The translations under genes were made by a program, and so were the position numbers. Of a DNA stretch of 41,116 nucleotides, positions 24,734 through 34,700 are shown piece after piece (position 1 is the first letter of the stretch; every line of letters begins with the position of its first letter). The stretch is from assembly GCA_007117275.1 (NCBI GenBank), contig SKGV01000074.1, forward strand, positions 1 through 41,116, given 5' to 3'. Below the pieces are notes generated by a model, which had not been told where the DNA came from, ran no database searches, and worked only from the letters and a program-made list of their open reading frames with translations. The stretch is from Methylophaga sp. (GTDB taxonomy: Bacteria > Pseudomonadota > Gammaproteobacteria > Nitrosococcales > Methylophagaceae).

Positions 24734-25281
24734 CAGGAAACCTCATGTGTGAGAGTTGATATCATGTACCCGGTTTCGCGTAAGGGGTCTTGATTTCGGA
24801 ATGGTTGCCCCAGCTCTCCAGCACCTGTTTTGCCCTCTGCGATCGCAGCAGCAACTTGGCCAACCAGTCTTTTTCCGACTGGAACATTGTCATTCCTGAG
24901 TCTACGCAGCGCAAGCGTTACAGGTGATAACGGCAGGTGACTACCGCTAACAATGGCGTTTTTAATGTCAGCCTCGGCAACAAGCCCCACCGTCCGCAAG
25001 ACACCAGAGTAATCACCACTGCCTGAAATCCATTGCTTTGCTGCCTGCATAAAAATGTCACGCCATTTGTCCAGATTTTCTTCCATAGCGGGACGCATAA
25101 ATGGTCGGGCTGGTGCTGTTTTCGTTCCGTACTCCTGCCATGCTGCAACCAGAGCCACGGGCCTTCCGTCTTCGTATTTCGCGCCCTCGAACCAGCCTAC
25201 CTGCAATTTCTCTTTGGTCTGCCTCAGTTTTGAGGTCAGGCCTCTGAGCTGGCGCGAATTGATTTTAACGGTAGCCATCAA
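24733..25281 (-). CDS. Virion morphogenesis / tail completion protein
   Basis: VGWFEGAKY, A..QEYGT...PARPFMRP and PL.ETG.M motifs. Confidence 0.75.
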   Translation of the reverse strand: MMATVKINSRQLRGLTSKLRQTKEKLQVGWFEGAKYEDGRPVALVAAWQEYGTKTAPARPFMRPAMEENLDKWRDIFMQAAKQWISGSGDYSGVLRTVGLVAEADIKNAIVSGSHLPLSPVTLALRRLRNDNVPVGKRLVGQVAAAIAEGKTGAGELGQPFRNQDPLRETGYMISTLTHEVS

Positions 25282-25685
25282 AAGCGCCTGAACGCTTGCA
25301 TGGATTGATCGCCACCGTAGTAATCACCAACGGCAGACACGGAAATCAGGGCTGACAACTCAACCCCATAGGGCGTAGTCATCAGCCAGTAACTGAAATT
25401 TGATTTTGAGGGTGGCTCGGAAAATGAAACATTGACTGGGCCCTCTGATGCAGAGGAAACCACTCTACCGGGATTGCCGGCCACCACCATCACAGACAGA
25501 GACAGCAGGTGAGCTACCATTAACTGATATGCGTACTGCCTGCAGCTGTCGTCAAACGTGCATGAGTTATCCTCTATGTAGCATTTGGCGACAATCATTT
25601 TGCCGCTGAGCATGGCATCTGGATACGCGGCATCGTCATCAAATACCGGAAACGCTGCGCGGAATGCCGAAATATCCAGATCCAT
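25278..25685 (-). CDS. Head-tail connector (DUF4054-like)
   Basis: FRAAFP.F....YPD, L..AHL, SASEG.V.VSF and TPYG motifs. Confidence 0.8.
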   Translation of the reverse strand: MDLDISAFRAAFPVFDDDAAYPDAMLSGKMIVAKCYIEDNSCTFDDSCRQYAYQLMVAHLLSLSVMVVAGNPGRVVSSASEGPVNVSFSEPPSKSNFSYWLMTTPYGVELSALISVSAVGDYYGGDQSMQAFRRF

Positions 25686-25689
25686 TTAT

Positions 25690-26058
25690 TTACTCCTCAG
25701 CGTCGGCAGTATTCAGCTTGACATCAACGCCTTTCTTGCCCGCTTTAGCCTTCAGCTCTTCTTCAGTTTTCGGAGCTGCGCCGTCACGCTTTGGACTAGA
25801 TGGTTTGGTCATAGTCAAAAAACCACGATCAGCCAAGCGCTTGAACACGGGGTTTTCTTTTAGTGCTTTCAGTTCTGCATCCGACACCTCGGTTTCAACA
25901 AACTTCTGGGTCTGGTGGTGCTTGTTTGCAACATTGGCACCGCCTTTGATCAGGATTGCAGAGCCGTAACGATTGCGGACAATACGGCCATCTTTTGCAG
26001 AGGGCTCGTATTTTGGAAATGTGCGGTCATTAGACAGTGTGGAGTAAATAGTTGGCAT
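25690..26058 (-). CDS. Conserved virion-module hypothetical protein
   Basis: IYSTL, I.GGANVA and L.ENPVF....RGF motifs; follows the capsid gene. Confidence 0.7.
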   Translation of the reverse strand: MPTIYSTLSNDRTFPKYEPSAKDGRIVRNRYGSAILIKGGANVANKHHQTQKFVETEVSDAELKALKENPVFKRLADRGFLTMTKPSSPKRDGAAPKTEEELKAKAGKKGVDVKLNTADAEE

Positions 26059-26086
26059 GTTTTAGAACCCTTAATTGATCTGAATA

Positions 26087-26104
26087 AGCGGGGCGAACCC
26101 CGCT
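26087..26104 (-). terminator. Hairpin after the major capsid gene
   Basis: Minus strand AGCGGGG-TTCG-CCCCGCT followed by TATT. Confidence 0.55.
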
Positions 26105-26132
26105 GTTATATGCACCAGAATGCCGAAATACA

Positions 26133-27260
26133 TCAAGCCCCTGAGTATCTTACAACCGCAAATCCTCGCTTCACGAAACAGCCAGCGGTCGCAGAGGTGT
26201 AACCCTCGTTGACACCGCGCATGGTCTGCACCGTATTGAGGGCAGTCATCTTGCTGGGCACCGCTTGGATAACGGTTTGTCCGCCATCGGTGCCGGAGCC
26301 CTCGACAGTCTCAGGGTACAGGTAAAACACGTTTTCACCACCATCAGCGCCGTCGAATTCCGGAATGGACTCCACGGTAATGTTGGGGTAGTTTTTGCTC
26401 AGCCACTCGTTAACGGTCATGCCATTGGCAAACGAGCTGTCGGACTCATTCATCAAATCCTTGACGCTTGCTGCAATAGCCAACTTCAGGCTCATGGATT
26501 CAGGGTCAACCTGAGAGCCTGATTGGGCGCGCAGGGTGGACACCGCGGTCACGATGTCGGTAACGCGCTCAGCAACAGTCTTGCTTGCCCATGTGGTATC
26601 GCCACCAGCACCATTTGCCAAGGTCACAAACGCGGGCAGGTTCAGGTCGTTCAGGATGCCGTAGGTGCGGTTATTGCCGCCGTTGAAACCGTAGAAGAAA
26701 ATTTCGTTACGGAGAATTTCAAATGCCAAGGCCACAGCCGCACGCTTTTCAGACATGCTATCGAAACCGGCTTTGGAGCTGCGCTCTTCATCCAGCTTGG
26801 ACATTTGCGCACCCAGCTCAAAACGCACAACGGTACGTCGCTCATAGGTGGCGTTCCATGCTGCGATCGGAATGTCACCGTGATCCTTGTACAGCCCAGG
26901 CTGCCCCAAGTGCTCCAGAATGGTCATTACGATTTCTTCGTCCGACCAGTCGCCCACCGTCATGACCGGCGCGAGTACATCGCCACGGCGCGCAGTGGTG
27001 AGGATATGGACAACGCCCTGCAAGAACTCCTGCAAGAACTGAACCGGAACACCTGCGCTTGAGGTGGTTACGGGCTGGGTCAGACCCGCATCCATCGCTA
27101 CGCTTAGAGCATTGCGAGCGAAGCTGTGATCCATGCTGATGCCCATGCGGCGCAGAGTTTTAGGGTCTTTAGCCAGTGCGGCTAACTGATCCCCGTCAAA
27201 CGCCACCCCGCCCATTTTGGCAGAGGAGCGCGTTTTAGTTACGTGATGAATCTTGCTCAT
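26133..27260 (-). CDS. Major capsid protein (DUF2184-like)
   Basis: AMDA, GDW.DE, N...FYG......YG.LND.NLP, WL..NYP and T.ATAG..VKR..AV.R..G motifs. Confidence 0.88.
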   Translation of the reverse strand: MSKIHHVTKTRSSAKMGGVAFDGDQLAALAKDPKTLRRMGISMDHSFARNALSVAMDAGLTQPVTTSSAGVPVQFLQEFLQGVVHILTTARRGDVLAPVMTVGDWSDEEIVMTILEHLGQPGLYKDHGDIPIAAWNATYERRTVVRFELGAQMSKLDEERSSKAGFDSMSEKRAAVALAFEILRNEIFFYGFNGGNNRTYGILNDLNLPAFVTLANGAGGDTTWASKTVAERVTDIVTAVSTLRAQSGSQVDPESMSLKLAIAASVKDLMNESDSSFANGMTVNEWLSKNYPNITVESIPEFDGADGGENVFYLYPETVEGSGTDGGQTVIQAVPSKMTALNTVQTMRGVNEGYTSATAGCFVKRGFAVVRYSGA

Positions 27261-27272
27261 GTGTCAGGCTCC

Positions 27273-27785
27273 TTAAGCGCCGGTTGAATCGGATTTGTCA
27301 CCGGCGAAATCGACGTAAATAACGGCGATACTCGGAGCGGTAACGTTGAAGATTTCGACGGTGCCACCTGGTACGCGGGTGGAGTCGGCGGGAGGCGCGG
27401 CATCTGGGGCAACGGTGGTCAAAGCGCCGGTAGCGTTTGTCCAGTAGACGAAATCGCCTTTGGCAGCCACAGCGGGCAGGTTCACGAAAACGTAGCCCTT
27501 ACGAATAATCTGCGTAGGCGTTCCGTTGTCGATGATGGTGATGTTGTCTAGGGTTGGACGTGCCAGAGTTTTCGGCATGCCGATAACCCCAGCGAACCGA
27601 GAAGACGCAGCAACACCGGCCTGCTGGTCTTCGCCATCAACATAGGTGACCACTCGGCCAATCACGTTGTTGGCTTCAGACGCAGAATTCAGGATCAGAG
27701 TTCGGACGCCTTGCGGCTCGGTAGAATAAAACTCACCCACCACGCCAGATCCGAGCTGGGCATTTGTTACGGAGGTTTGTGCCAT
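27273..27785 (-). CDS. Capsid decoration/cement protein
   Basis: Beta-rich 170-aa protein between the DUF2213-like and capsid genes. Confidence 0.65.
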   Translation of the reverse strand: MAQTSVTNAQLGSGVVGEFYSTEPQGVRTLILNSASEANNVIGRVVTYVDGEDQQAGVAASSRFAGVIGMPKTLARPTLDNITIIDNGTPTQIIRKGYVFVNLPAVAAKGDFVYWTNATGALTTVAPDAAPPADSTRVPGGTVEIFNVTAPSIAVIYVDFAGDKSDSTGA

Positions 27786-27787
27786 GA

Positions 27788-28927
27788 TTAAAGCCCCATT
27801 TCTTCGAGTTTGGAGACAACCGCGGCAGCAGACGCAGCGTCTTGCGCGGTGCCGCTGTCAATAGTGGTGCCTGCATTCTTGCGGGCATGAAGATAGCCGC
27901 GAACAGCCGCCAGAGCAGAGCCAGAGTCGCAAGCGATACCGATGATTTCAGCGGCTTTCTTTGCAACGCCAGCAGCATCAAGGCCTGTGCCATCAATGCG
28001 GCCAATGACCGGCTCAAGCTCCTTGACAAGGTTTTGCTTTTCAGTGATCTGGCGCTCAATAGTGTCTGAGTCCATAGCCTTACCACTCAACTGCTTGACC
28101 TGTTTTTGCAAACCAGCAATGGTTTTCGCCATAGCGTCCATCGCTTCCGAGTCGTAAACTTTACCTTCACCTTCTTCCTCTGGTTTCTCGGCACCGGCCG
28201 CGACAGCCTCTTCGGCACCGGCCGCGACAGCCTCTTCGGCACCGGCCGCGACAGCCTGTTCACCATCACCCAGCATAGCGCCGATTTCGGCGTAAAGCTT
28301 GGCGAGCTCTTCCTTAGCGGGTTCAGCGTCCCGCACCTTTTGCAGCATTTCTTCAAGTGTCATTTCTAGACCCTCTTCAATAGTTAAGCTATCCAGCGCA
28401 ATACACGCCCGATCCATTGCCACAGAAAACTGTGACCCCATTCGCCCCTCTTCAACGCTGGCTAAGTGGTTGCCACGGATATTCCGCTGAACAACATCAT
28501 ACCGCAAGCCGTCCGGTGTTGTGCCGCCTACAATGTCCCATGTGCAACGAAATCCGCAAGACAGCTCGCGAAGCCCAGCTTGTATTGCTGACTTTAAGCT
28601 GGTTCCGAAGGTTTTTACTGTGCCAACCAAGCCAGCGCCTTTTTTGTAGTGTACGTCCTGCCCCGTGGTACCTTGTACGCCGATATCTTCAGCAGCGGTA
28701 AATGATTCTCCCGCCATTTCGTGACGCGGAAACCAAGGAGAGAGCTTGAAAGACTCTATGGTTTCAGGATTGTTTAATTCAGACTCTGGACGGTAAACAT
28801 TATAGACACGGTCAGGGTCAAGCTCTGGTGAAATCTCGCGACCCAGATACGGGAAAACACCCGGCTTTGAAAGCATGGTGTTCGGAAAGGTGACGTAACC
28901 GTTTTCGTCTTCGTAGTATTCTGGCAT
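27788..28927 (-). CDS. DUF2213-like prohead protease/scaffold protein
   Basis: GVFPYLGREI, VYRPE.EL, ELSCG..C and QRNIRGNHLA.V.EGR.G motifs; recurring AMD motifs. Confidence 0.85.
   Translation of the reverse strand: MPEYYEDENGYVTFPNTMLSKPGVFPYLGREISPELDPDRVYNVYRPESELNNPETIESFKLSPWFPRHEMAGESFTAAEDIGVQGTTGQDVHYKKGAGLVGTVKTFGTSLKSAIQAGLRELSCGFRCTWDIVGGTTPDGLRYDVVQRNIRGNHLASVEEGRMGSQFSVAMDRACIALDSLTIEEGLEMTLEEMLQKVRDAEPAKEELAKLYAEIGAMLGDGEQAVAAGAEEAVAAGAEEAVAAGAEKPEEEGEGKVYDSEAMDAMAKTIAGLQKQVKQLSGKAMDSDTIERQITEKQNLVKELEPVIGRIDGTGLDAAGVAKKAAEIIGIACDSGSALAAVRGYLHARKNAGTTIDSGTAQDAASAAAVVSKLEEMGL
28188..28257. repeat. 24-bp tandem repeat, about 2.9 copies, in frame (AVAAGAEE)
   Basis: Unit TCGGCACCGGCCGCGACAGCCTCT at 28188, 28212 and 28236. 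Confidence 0.9.
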
Positions 28928-28962
28928 GATTCCTACCTCATGTATTTATGGCCAGTGTACCG

Positions 28963-29868
28963 CTATTTTTCAGGGTTGCCAAACTCTAGGACCGGCTCGC
29001 GGTAGCATTTGCAGTTCACGGCCTGACCGGGGTGTCCTCTCTCTCCCGTCTTTAAGTCGATTACTGGCGGATCATCAAGACTAAACACCTGTCCATTGAG
29101 CACGTTTTTATGGTACGCCCTTGGTTCCTGCGAGCCTCCCGCGTGCCGCCAGCGGTACTTGCTAATCCCCACCGATCGCATACGGCTATCCGTGATGCTG
29201 GCGTAGGCCTTGCGCGTCTGATCCAGCGTGATGTTCTTGGCTTTGTTTTTGTAGACCCTGAATCGGCCCTGCAACATTGAGTCTATGGCTTTGATGGTGT
29301 CAGTGTAATTACCCTTGGGTGAGGCAATCGAACGCATTAATGCTTCCTGAACCTCGGCCAAATACTCACCACTTATCGACCTGATTAGGCTGCTGGCCTG
29401 CTGAGTACCAGCTGCAATAACATCACGAGTTGCGCCCGTTAAACGGCTAGCGTTAATTGTTGCGCCTCCGGTCAACTTGTCAACACTGCGCTGCAGGTCT
29501 TCGGCAGTAAATGAGGTTATGTCGTCAAATATCGAATGACTAAACCGCTTTGAGAATTCCAAAAAACGCTTGTTCCATTCGCGCGCCAGCTTGTTTGTCA
29601 GTATCCGTGCACGGCTAGTGATGCTGGCGTCCATCGCCACATCTTGGATAGTCTGTTTTGCCAGATCGGTACGGAACAGCTCCTTGACCCGCTTGCTCAC
29701 ATCAAGGTGCATTTTTCGAACCTGTCGCATTGCTTCTTTAGCCTTTCGATCAGCATAAACCGGATTGAGGCGTAAAGGCTCGCCGGTCAAATAAACATCC
29801 CTGTTTTTTGCCCAATCATATTTCTGTCGAGTGAGTTTAATTCTGCGCTTGGTCATTTTGTCCGCCAA
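28963..29868 (-). CDS. Head morphogenesis protein (SPP1 gp7 / Mu gpF-like)
   Basis: I..DQT.K, Y.W.H.GG...PR..H...NG..F and PGQAVNCKC motifs. Confidence 0.85.
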   Translation of the reverse strand: MADKMTKRRIKLTRQKYDWAKNRDVYLTGEPLRLNPVYADRKAKEAMRQVRKMHLDVSKRVKELFRTDLAKQTIQDVAMDASITSRARILTNKLAREWNKRFLEFSKRFSHSIFDDITSFTAEDLQRSVDKLTGGATINASRLTGATRDVIAAGTQQASSLIRSISGEYLAEVQEALMRSIASPKGNYTDTIKAIDSMLQGRFRVYKNKAKNITLDQTRKAYASITDSRMRSVGISKYRWRHAGGSQEPRAYHKNVLNGQVFSLDDPPVIDLKTGERGHPGQAVNCKCYREPVLEFGNPEK

Positions 29869-31345
29869 ATTCTCCCTGTAGTTCGCTGGATCTAGGTTCT
29901 ACTGATGGAATTGTGTCGTCCTCGTCCTCAGCCGCTTTCAGATTATCAAACCCACTGTACGGGTCGTTAATCAATCGCTCTCTCAGCTCGAAGTTGTCAA
30001 TCGCTTGGCTTTGGAATGCAATCAGATCGGCCTGGCGGTTCTGCAGGTTGACCGCTGCCTTATCTGCATCGGACATAACGCGAAGCGCATTCCATTCTGG
30101 ATAAATGCTAGTCTCTGGTCTGACGCCCAAGTCATCAGCATGCGATGGTATTAAACGCCGGTAGTGTGCTATCACAATCTCCGTCAGCTCGTTGGCCTGT
30201 AGCTCTTCCAGGGACTCGATGTAATAATCGATATCTGCATCACCGGTTGAAAAACCCTGATGTCCGGTGCCCATCAGTTTTGATGCGGGCACATCCAGTA
30301 TTGAGCATACCAGTTGATACTGCCCCATGATCACAGCATCAAGATCAGTTAGGGTGGTATCCATCTGCCCCATATCCTCATCTTTTCCCAGTAGCTGCAC
30401 TCCGAAATTATTACGAAACTCAGCCAATTTCTGCATTGCTCTACCAAATTTCGTAGGCTTGGACGCGACCTGCTCAAGATCAGCCTTTCTCCATACAAGG
30501 CGCTTAGTCATCGCCAGCTGCGGCGCTTCGTTGGCCGTGCGCTCGGCTGCATAGACCCGCTCATAAACTTTCTGAACTTTACCAATGCCGCCATAACGAT
30601 ACGTAGGTTTGAGCAGGTCAGGCACCATGTCGCCCGTCAAAATCACCATGTGTGTTTTATGGATGCGCTTACCGCCCACCTGCCACCATGTCGGCTCTAG
30701 GTAATTCGGCTCCGAGGGGTCTGTCAGGTTCTTGTTCTCGAACTCTGGCGTCAGTCGGTTTGGGTCGATTTGCGAAATTCCCGCGTATTTGCCGCCCTCA
30801 AACTCGGTCGGATTGAATGGCTTTGAGTAGTCGAAATTAGGGTCTGAGTGCAGGAACAACAAATGCCGAACGCCAAAAATATTATTCATGGTGGCGGCTT
30901 CCAGCAGCTGTTTTTTCAGGCCGTATTTTCTGTCTAGGGTTTCGATTGCCTTAATCTGATCTGGGTGCAGTTCGTCACCCTCGCAGCCGATTTCATACCA
31001 TTTTCGCAGTGCGTCACGAGGCTTTGACTCGCAGCCCTTGCGCACCAGCCAGTGCTGACTGATGACAGCCATAGCCGGATAACCGATAAACTGACCTGTC
31101 GCGACGTAGTGCGCAAACACAACAGGGTTAACCGCATCGTAATTGACTTGCGCCACAGGGGCGCAGGAGTCCATAGCCACGCCTTCCGGCACCGGCGCTC
31201 GCTTAGGTATTGCGTACGACAGATTGTACTCCTGCAGCGATGTGGTGCCATCCATTCCAATACCATCCATAAATCCGTAGAAATCGAACGGTTTGGACTG
31301 CTTGGGTTTTGGTTCTTGCTGTTTTTTTTTGAGATTCCAGAACAT
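29837..31345 (-). CDS. Portal protein (DUF1073-like)
   Basis: Follows terL; FIGY, IH.TH and P..KL.G....GF..G..D...Y motifs; start trimmed to MFWNLK. Confidence 0.85.
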   Translation of the reverse strand: MFWNLKKKQQEPKPKQSKPFDFYGFMDGIGMDGTTSLQEYNLSYAIPKRAPVPEGVAMDSCAPVAQVNYDAVNPVVFAHYVATGQFIGYPAMAVISQHWLVRKGCESKPRDALRKWYEIGCEGDELHPDQIKAIETLDRKYGLKKQLLEAATMNNIFGVRHLLFLHSDPNFDYSKPFNPTEFEGGKYAGISQIDPNRLTPEFENKNLTDPSEPNYLEPTWWQVGGKRIHKTHMVILTGDMVPDLLKPTYRYGGIGKVQKVYERVYAAERTANEAPQLAMTKRLVWRKADLEQVASKPTKFGRAMQKLAEFRNNFGVQLLGKDEDMGQMDTTLTDLDAVIMGQYQLVCSILDVPASKLMGTGHQGFSTGDADIDYYIESLEELQANELTEIVIAHYRRLIPSHADDLGVRPETSIYPEWNALRVMSDADKAAVNLQNRQADLIAFQSQAIDNFELRERLINDPYSGFDNLKAAEDEDDTIPSVEPRSSELQGEFGGQNDQAQN

Positions 31346-31383
31346 GATTTTTGGCCCGGTTGAATTTTGTACAGTGTAGCAGA

Positions 31384-32754
31384 TTACCAATCGTAGTCGA
31401 AAAAGCCTTTGCTCTCGATCGCTGCAAGATGAGGGCACGCACCCATGATAAAAGCATCGGCCAAGTTCGGGGATTTTACACCGCGCTTTGCAAGCTGTTC
31501 TTTTGTCTCCAGCATATCAAGGCCGCGCTTGCTGTAGCTTCTGCGAGGCGTTGACAGCTCAGTTTTTAGGCGCTCCAGATGATCTAAATCGCTGGACAGG
31601 CTAATCAGGTCGCTGGCTGGGTATTTTATGCCTTTATTGATCGCGTTAAACGTGTTTCTTAGCCGGTCGGCTACGTCCTGCCACGCCTGAGCTTTCAGGT
31701 TTTCAAACTTCTCTCCGTTTTTTATTCCCGGCGCATACTCATCATCCGGTCGCGCAACACCAGCGCCAGCATTGAATTTGTAGTATCCGTCAGCGACTCC
31801 GGCCTCCTTCAGCGTTGATCCGACCTGCGCACCCACGCCAATCGAGTCATACAGCAGTCGGCCATTTCCGACTTTTGACCATGCGCGCTTCGCAGATTGT
31901 GCCAACTCATCTTCAGGGGCTTTCCATTCGTCAATATCCACGCAGATCCCACCATTAAAGCCAGCGGTCGCGTTTTTATCCTCTCCGGAGTCGGCTACAT
32001 CATAGCCAACGGAGCGTGCGCCAGACATATCGATATCAAGCCTCAGGTGCGCATCAACAGCAGCCTCCAGCCATGAGCGCTTAATGACCGCTGCATCATC
32101 GTCAGAGCGGGGGACACCCAGATAAACATGCTCGTATTCCTCGAAATCCTCTTCTTTTTTGGACTCGATAACCTGACGCATTGTGTTTGATAAAAATGGG
32201 TTTTCTGGGTAATTGATCTGACGGGATCTGGTGCTGGGAGGCGGGTCAACAACAAATCTTTGGTAAATAAAATCGGTCATCAGCCTCGGGTTAAAGCTGA
32301 TCCACACCTCTGAGTTTTCTTTCCTGATTGTCGGCTCAAGAATTGCCCACTGATCGGCAGTTAGGTTGTGAGCCTCCTCAATCCAGAGGATGTCCGCACC
32401 CTCGAATGATTTTATTTCGTCAGTGTTTCGGTCAATCCCGTAAAAAGTAAAATCGGTTCCGTTGGCGTGGCGTATCTCACTTGCCATGATTTCAAAGCCT
32501 GGGAGCTGGAAATTTTCAATTTGAGCCTTAATGAGAGTGTAAACGGATTCCTTTATTTTGTTCTGGAATCTGCGCACACACAGGAATCGGGTGCGGTATT
32601 GCGCCCCGATAGATGCAGCCATCCCTGCGAATTCCCACGATTTTGATGATGAGCGCCCGCCGTATAAAACGCGGTTGCGCACCTTGATGAAATTCTCAGG
32701 GTGCGGGTCACCATCAAACCAAAAATCAATCAGATTCGGATTGAGGCTTGCCAT
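31384..32754 (-). CDS. terL: Terminase large subunit (PBSX-like)
   Basis: YGGRSSSKS Walker A, WIEEA Walker B, SFNP, and nuclease GYDVAD...SPNLADA motifs. Confidence 0.95.
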   Translation of the reverse strand: MASLNPNLIDFWFDGDPHPENFIKVRNRVLYGGRSSSKSWEFAGMAASIGAQYRTRFLCVRRFQNKIKESVYTLIKAQIENFQLPGFEIMASEIRHANGTDFTFYGIDRNTDEIKSFEGADILWIEEAHNLTADQWAILEPTIRKENSEVWISFNPRLMTDFIYQRFVVDPPPSTRSRQINYPENPFLSNTMRQVIESKKEEDFEEYEHVYLGVPRSDDDAAVIKRSWLEAAVDAHLRLDIDMSGARSVGYDVADSGEDKNATAGFNGGICVDIDEWKAPEDELAQSAKRAWSKVGNGRLLYDSIGVGAQVGSTLKEAGVADGYYKFNAGAGVARPDDEYAPGIKNGEKFENLKAQAWQDVADRLRNTFNAINKGIKYPASDLISLSSDLDHLERLKTELSTPRRSYSKRGLDMLETKEQLAKRGVKSPNLADAFIMGACPHLAAIESKGFFDYDW

Positions 32755-33289
32755 ACATCATTCCAAATGTCGGCGTCATGCTGCCATCTGAGCTAGTGTG
32801 GTCCACTTTTTCAACAAAAGCACCGACGCTCAGGTGTTTGCCCAGCAACTCCAGGTTCTTGAGCTTGTCGGGCCATTTGATTTTTTGGATAATGCTTTCT
32901 ACCGACTCTTCGCCATCCTTGATCGCTGAGAGTCGATTGATATCCATGCCGGACAGGGTGGTTCGCCACACTTTAGGCCACTGACTTACTGGCTTCAGCC
33001 CGCCTTCGTCGTCGAGTATGTCAGCAGCGTCCATCTGGTCAATTTCAACTAAACGCTTCAGGACGTAGCTGGCATCGACCACAGCTTGCTTCGCTGCTTC
33101 CTGCACCAGCTCTGCAACCCTTGCCCTAACCTTGTCGTCACCGGCAAGCCTACTAGCCTTCTCCCAAACCGTGTTTTCCTTCCATTTTAGTGAGACTGGA
33201 TACACTTCGCGATAAGCAACAGCCTGCTTCACGCCATTAGCGAGCAGCTGCGCATATTTTTCATGTCTTCGGTTCTTTAGCGCTGCCAT
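32726..33289 (-). CDS. terS: Terminase small subunit
   Basis: YVLKRLVEIDQMD..DI and KIKWPDKLKNLELLGKH motifs; upstream of terL. Confidence 0.9.
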   Translation of the reverse strand: MAALKNRRHEKYAQLLANGVKQAVAYREVYPVSLKWKENTVWEKASRLAGDDKVRARVAELVQEAAKQAVVDASYVLKRLVEIDQMDAADILDDEGGLKPVSQWPKVWRTTLSGMDINRLSAIKDGEESVESIIQKIKWPDKLKNLELLGKHLSVGAFVEKVDHTSSDGSMTPTFGMMYGKPQSESD

Positions 33290-33336
33290 ACACGCTCCAC
33301 ATATAGCTGAGAGAATCTCTCTTGCTTCGGTGTCAT
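33277..33336 (-). pseudogene. Relic N-terminus of another small terminase (19 codons)
   Basis: MTPKQERFSQLYVERVWQR*, out of frame with terS and overlapping its start. Confidence 0.45.
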
Positions 33337-33437
33337 CACCGCATTCCTCTTTAAATTCAAATAGTCTATACCGGCTAGGCGCCTAGAGCCAATGCGGGCC
33401 GTGATTAGCAAGTTGATAAAGTGCTATTAAAAATTGA

Positions 33438-33635
33438 TTACAATTTTTTGCCCTGCTCCAGCAGCAGGCGATTAATCACAGAGGTTGCAGATTTTCCTGA
33501 CTTCTCTAGAACCCTCAGCGCTCGTGCTGCTTTCGGGTTAATCCAGAGATTGCTTATTCTTCTGTATCCCTGCTCTAGCTTTCTTGCCTGATCTCTTTTT
33601 ACCCGCAACGCTGCAGTAGGGTCCTTTTCTGACAT
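33438..33635 (-). CDS. Small basic protein, possibly ribbon-helix-helix DNA-binding
   Basis: GYRRISNLWINPKAARAL...SATSVINRLL; AGGAG RBS. Confidence 0.55.
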   Translation of the reverse strand: MSEKDPTAALRVKRDQARKLEQGYRRISNLWINPKAARALRVLEKSGKSATSVINRLLLEQGKKL

Positions 33636-33636
33636 G

Positions 33637-34080
33637 CTACCACCCACTCCTTCTTAAAATCCCAAATGCCGCAGTCTTTGTCCACTGATCAAACCACTGA
33701 GGATATACAACCTCTGGAGCGTACCACAGCACGGCGCACCAAGGAGACTCTGGAATTATCAGGTCTGGAAGAGAGTCCTGATCGATGCTGGACAAGAGCT
33801 CGCTCCAAAGCCTTTCTGATGATCTGCTGTGAAGACAAATTGCAATATCTGCAATAACAGCGCCTTCATCCAGCAGTTTAAGAGTTGTTCGCTTGCTACC
33901 AATCTCGCCAGTTACTCGATAACCGTCGCGGCGACTCATGGCCCATCCTGTCTCACCTGACGCGACAGGTATAAGCGTTCGATCAATAATACCCGCCTCC
34001 TCTATCGGATCAATAAAGTCTGCGGTGACGCGCTCAAATACACCGTCATTCAAAACCAACCAGTTCAAATAGCGACTCAT
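33637..34080 (-). CDS. Hypothetical protein
   Basis: ATGA-coupled to the methyltransferase; GGAGG RBS. Confidence 0.7.
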   Translation of the reverse strand: MSRYLNWLVLNDGVFERVTADFIDPIEEAGIIDRTLIPVASGETGWAMSRRDGYRVTGEIGSKRTTLKLLDEGAVIADIAICLHSRSSERLWSELLSSIDQDSLPDLIIPESPWCAVLWYAPEVVYPQWFDQWTKTAAFGILRRSGW

Positions 34081-34700
34081 TCAATAACCTCCAGTCCATA
34101 AGCACTCATAAAACGAATGTTTTTCTTTATCAGCTGAAAAGTATCCGCGTCCTTTTCGATAACCGTCACAGGAATATCCAGCTCATAAGCAGCAAAAGCG
34201 GTCGAGCCGCTGCCGCCAAACATGTCAACAACGCTTTTGACACTAAAGCTTCCCAGCAAATCAGTCATTGCATCATGGTTTTTTGCATGACCGTGACTCT
34301 GCGTCTGATTACGTGGAGCTCGGAGTATGGTGGGCCAGTAGCCGTTGGCCTCAAAAACATCACTACGCTGGCGCTTTCTGCGGTCAAACACAGATTTAAC
34401 ACCGGGCTTTGTAAGATAGACGCCAGTCTGATGCACATAGTTGGGCTGCATGTAGTTTTTTGACTTTTTGGGCATCACGCCGTCCCAAACAAAATCAAAG
34501 GCCAGCTTCCAGTTGGTGCGGGGCAAAAAATCCAATAGCTGCTTCATTGTTGTCAGTAAGACCATGTGATCGCAGTCATACTGATCAATAATCTTTGCCA
34601 GCTGGGTGCCGCTCATATCATAGGGCGGGTCGGTCATAATCATGTCTGCTTGCCTGCCGAAATCCAGAGCATCACCATGTATTAGCGTTGTTTGAGCCAT
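34077..34700 (-). CDS. DNA amino-methyltransferase (N6A/N4C, beta-type motif order)
   Basis: TDPPY catalytic motif near the N-terminus; H..K and VVDMFGGSGST SAM-binding motif near the C-terminus. Confidence 0.85.
   Translation of the reverse strand: MAQTTLIHGDALDFGRQADMIMTDPPYDMSGTQLAKIIDQYDCDHMVLLTTMKQLLDFLPRTNWKLAFDFVWDGVMPKKSKNYMQPNYVHQTGVYLTKPGVKSVFDRRKRQRSDVFEANGYWPTILRAPRNQTQSHGHAKNHDAMTDLLGSFSVKSVVDMFGGSGSTAFAAYELDIPVTVIEKDADTFQLIKKNIRFMSAYGLEVIE

Noticed and set aside
29837-31345. DUF1073-like protein as an anti-CBASS nuclease
   Set aside because: Its size and position between terL and the head morphogenesis gene indicate the portal.
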